Source: Utricularia gibba (lineage: Eukaryota; Plantae; Magnoliophyta). Taken from it: a stretch of 64,000 nt of DNA. A model generated the notes under the pieces. That model was not told where the DNA came from, did not search any database, and saw only the letters and a program-made list of their open reading frames with translations. Made by a program: the position numbers and the translations under genes. Location: assembly GCA_002189035.1 (NCBI GenBank), contig NEEC01000016.1, positions 248,001 to 312,000 on the forward strand. The letters run 5' to 3'. Of this stretch, positions 62,421-64,000 are shown in pieces; position 1 is the stretch's first letter; every line of letters starts with the position of its first letter.

Positions 62421-62859
62421 ACTTCTGCTATGTGCTTCGCCGTCTGCGTTTCCTCGTTCTTTTGCGACAGGTTTAGAGTCACGACGACAACCCAGCAGCG
62501 ACTTCGCCTTTTTCTGGAGCGCTGCCGGCAAGTTAAAGTCATCACCATCCTCTTTGAATAACCAAATGATTGGGGGAGAATGGCTTGTCCGGAAATAGTG
62601 AGGCGGTAAGAAAGCACTTTCTTCGCGGTAAACCTTTTTGAAATTTAGTGACTTGGGTCCCGTTGTTGAAATCAGGTGGATTGCTTTACAATTTGCTTGG
62701 GTGGTCTTGGATTCTTGAATGTTTTCCAACTGACTACTGAAAAAAAAAATGCTTTTAGTTGAAAATTTTAGTTGCTCCAAGGTTTCCCATTTGTATCAAG
62801 AGTTCATTTGTAATGTTTATTGACTTCCCAGCCAACTTGCAGTCTCACTGTGGTTGAAA

Positions 62860-64000
62860 ATGGATATGTTCCTAAAACAGTGTTATTTGTGTGATCATGG
62901 ATTGACTAGTTTCCGATTAATGGTGGATTCACAGTGTTCCCATATTGGCTATTGCAGTGGCTACTCAGCGGCTTCGCAGATTGCTTATTATGCTCGCCTT
63001 GGGGAAATTGGAACCGCACGAAGATTCTTTGATCGCCTCTCCCAAAAAATGTTGAATCTTGGAACTCTTTACTGTCTGGATACTTTCAGAATAGGAAACC
63101 AGATGAAGCTAAGCGCTTATTCGATGAAATGCCGGTAAGAAATACGGTTTCTTGGAATGCACTAGTTTCAGGTACATAAAGAATGGAATGATAAAGAAAG
63201 CTAGGAACGCATTTGATGTGATGCCTGAAAGAAATGTCATATCTTGGACAGCCATGGTTCGAGGCTATGTGGAGGAGGGGATGATTTCGGAGGCACAGGC
63301 ATTGTTTGATGAAATGCCAGAGAAGAATGTGATATCCTGGACTGTAATGTTGGGTGGTCTTATTGATGAAGGCCGGATCAATGATGCCATGCTTCTATAT
63401 GCTGCCATGCCTGTGAGGGATGTTGTTGCAAAAACTAGTATGATATGTGGATTGTGCTCAAAAGGCCGGTTGCAGGAGGCTCGTGAAATTTTTGACAGCA
63501 TGAGAGACAGAAATGTGGTTTGCTGGACTACAATGCTTTCCGGATACACGCAGAACGGGAAGGTGGATATTGCAAGAAAACTCTTCGAGGTGATGCCCGA
63601 AAAAAATGAAGTTTCTTGGACAGCCATGCTAATGGGATACACACAGTGTGGGAGAACTGAAGATGCATGGGAGTTTTTCATGGCAATGCCAATGAAACCA
63701 ATCGTTGCTTGCAATGCAATGGTGATAGGATTTGGTGAGAATGGAGAGGTCTCCAAAGCTAGGGAAGTGTTTGATGCGATGAAAGAAAAGGATGATGGAA
63801 CATGGTGTGCTATGATCAAAGTCTATGAGAGAACAGGCTTCGAGCTTGAGGCGCTTCGCCTTTTTCGTGATATGCAGATGGAAGGGATAAGACCACATTT
63901 CCCTTCACTAATCAGCATCTTGTCAGTTTGTGCTAGTCTTGCTTGCCTTGATCCTGGAAAGCAAGTCCATGCTCAAATGTTACGATCTAACCTCGATGAT
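62860..64000 (+). CDS. PLS-class pentatricopeptide repeat protein (At1g56690/At1g09410-like), 3' partial, with two apparent 1-bp frameshifts
   Basis: Tandem S/P repeats (ERNVISWTAMVRGY, EKNVISWTVMLGG, DRNVVCWTTMLSGY, EKNEVSWTAMLMGY, MKPIVACNAM, YERTGFELEALRLF). Open from ~63173 to the window end; frame breaks at 63044-63049 and 63171-63172. Confidence 0.9.

Noticed and set aside
62159-62617. 152-aa minus-strand ORF over the PPR promoter and 5' UTR
   Set aside because: It has no recognisable domain, starts at a non-ATG codon, and overlaps site II motifs and the PPR leader. It is most likely incidental.
63135-63171. Mini-intron (GTAAGA...TTTCAG) that might repair the second PPR frameshift
   Set aside because: It is under 40 nt, would delete conserved repeat residues (RNTVSWNALVS), and PLS-PPR genes are normally intronless.
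1-64000. tRNA, rRNA, snoRNA, CRISPR arrays, organellar insertions, LTR/LINE coding regions
   Set aside because: I saw no cloverleaf or A/B-box pairs, rRNA signatures, repeat-spacer arrays, or RT/integrase/transposase ORFs by eye. A tRNAscan/Infernal run would be needed to exclude small RNAs.

Overview
Gene-dense plant (eudicot) nuclear DNA with 17 protein-coding genes in 64 kb, short introns, AT-rich spacers and no transposon coding sequence. Order: SUVR5 (+), BTB/POZ (+), ZCCHC8-like (-), GGTase-I beta (+), divergent tetraspanin (+), BRCT-RING-PHD (-), PIR/SRA1 (-), CSC1/OSCA channel (-), group-S bZIP (-), AVT6 amino acid transporter (+), F-box/kelch (+), RGF/GLV/CLEL-type peptide precursor (+), O-fucosyltransferase (-), SEPALLATA MADS-box (-), SAP130/SF3B3 (-), CYP85A (-), and a PPR gene (+) that runs off the window. 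Most notable: two minor-spliceosome (U12-type) introns in PIR (one AT-AC, one GT-AG); a small secreted sulfated-peptide gene the ORF track misses; up to three GC-AG introns; apparent loss of the last CYP85A intron; and three intergenic stretches that look like spliced non-coding transcripts. Four 1-bp homopolymer deletions in conserved genes (SUVR5, PIR, PPR x2) most likely reflect assembly error. I found no strong evidence for a wholly new biological system. Exon structures were read by eye, family calls come from remembered motifs, and no database search was run. The species was not determined.
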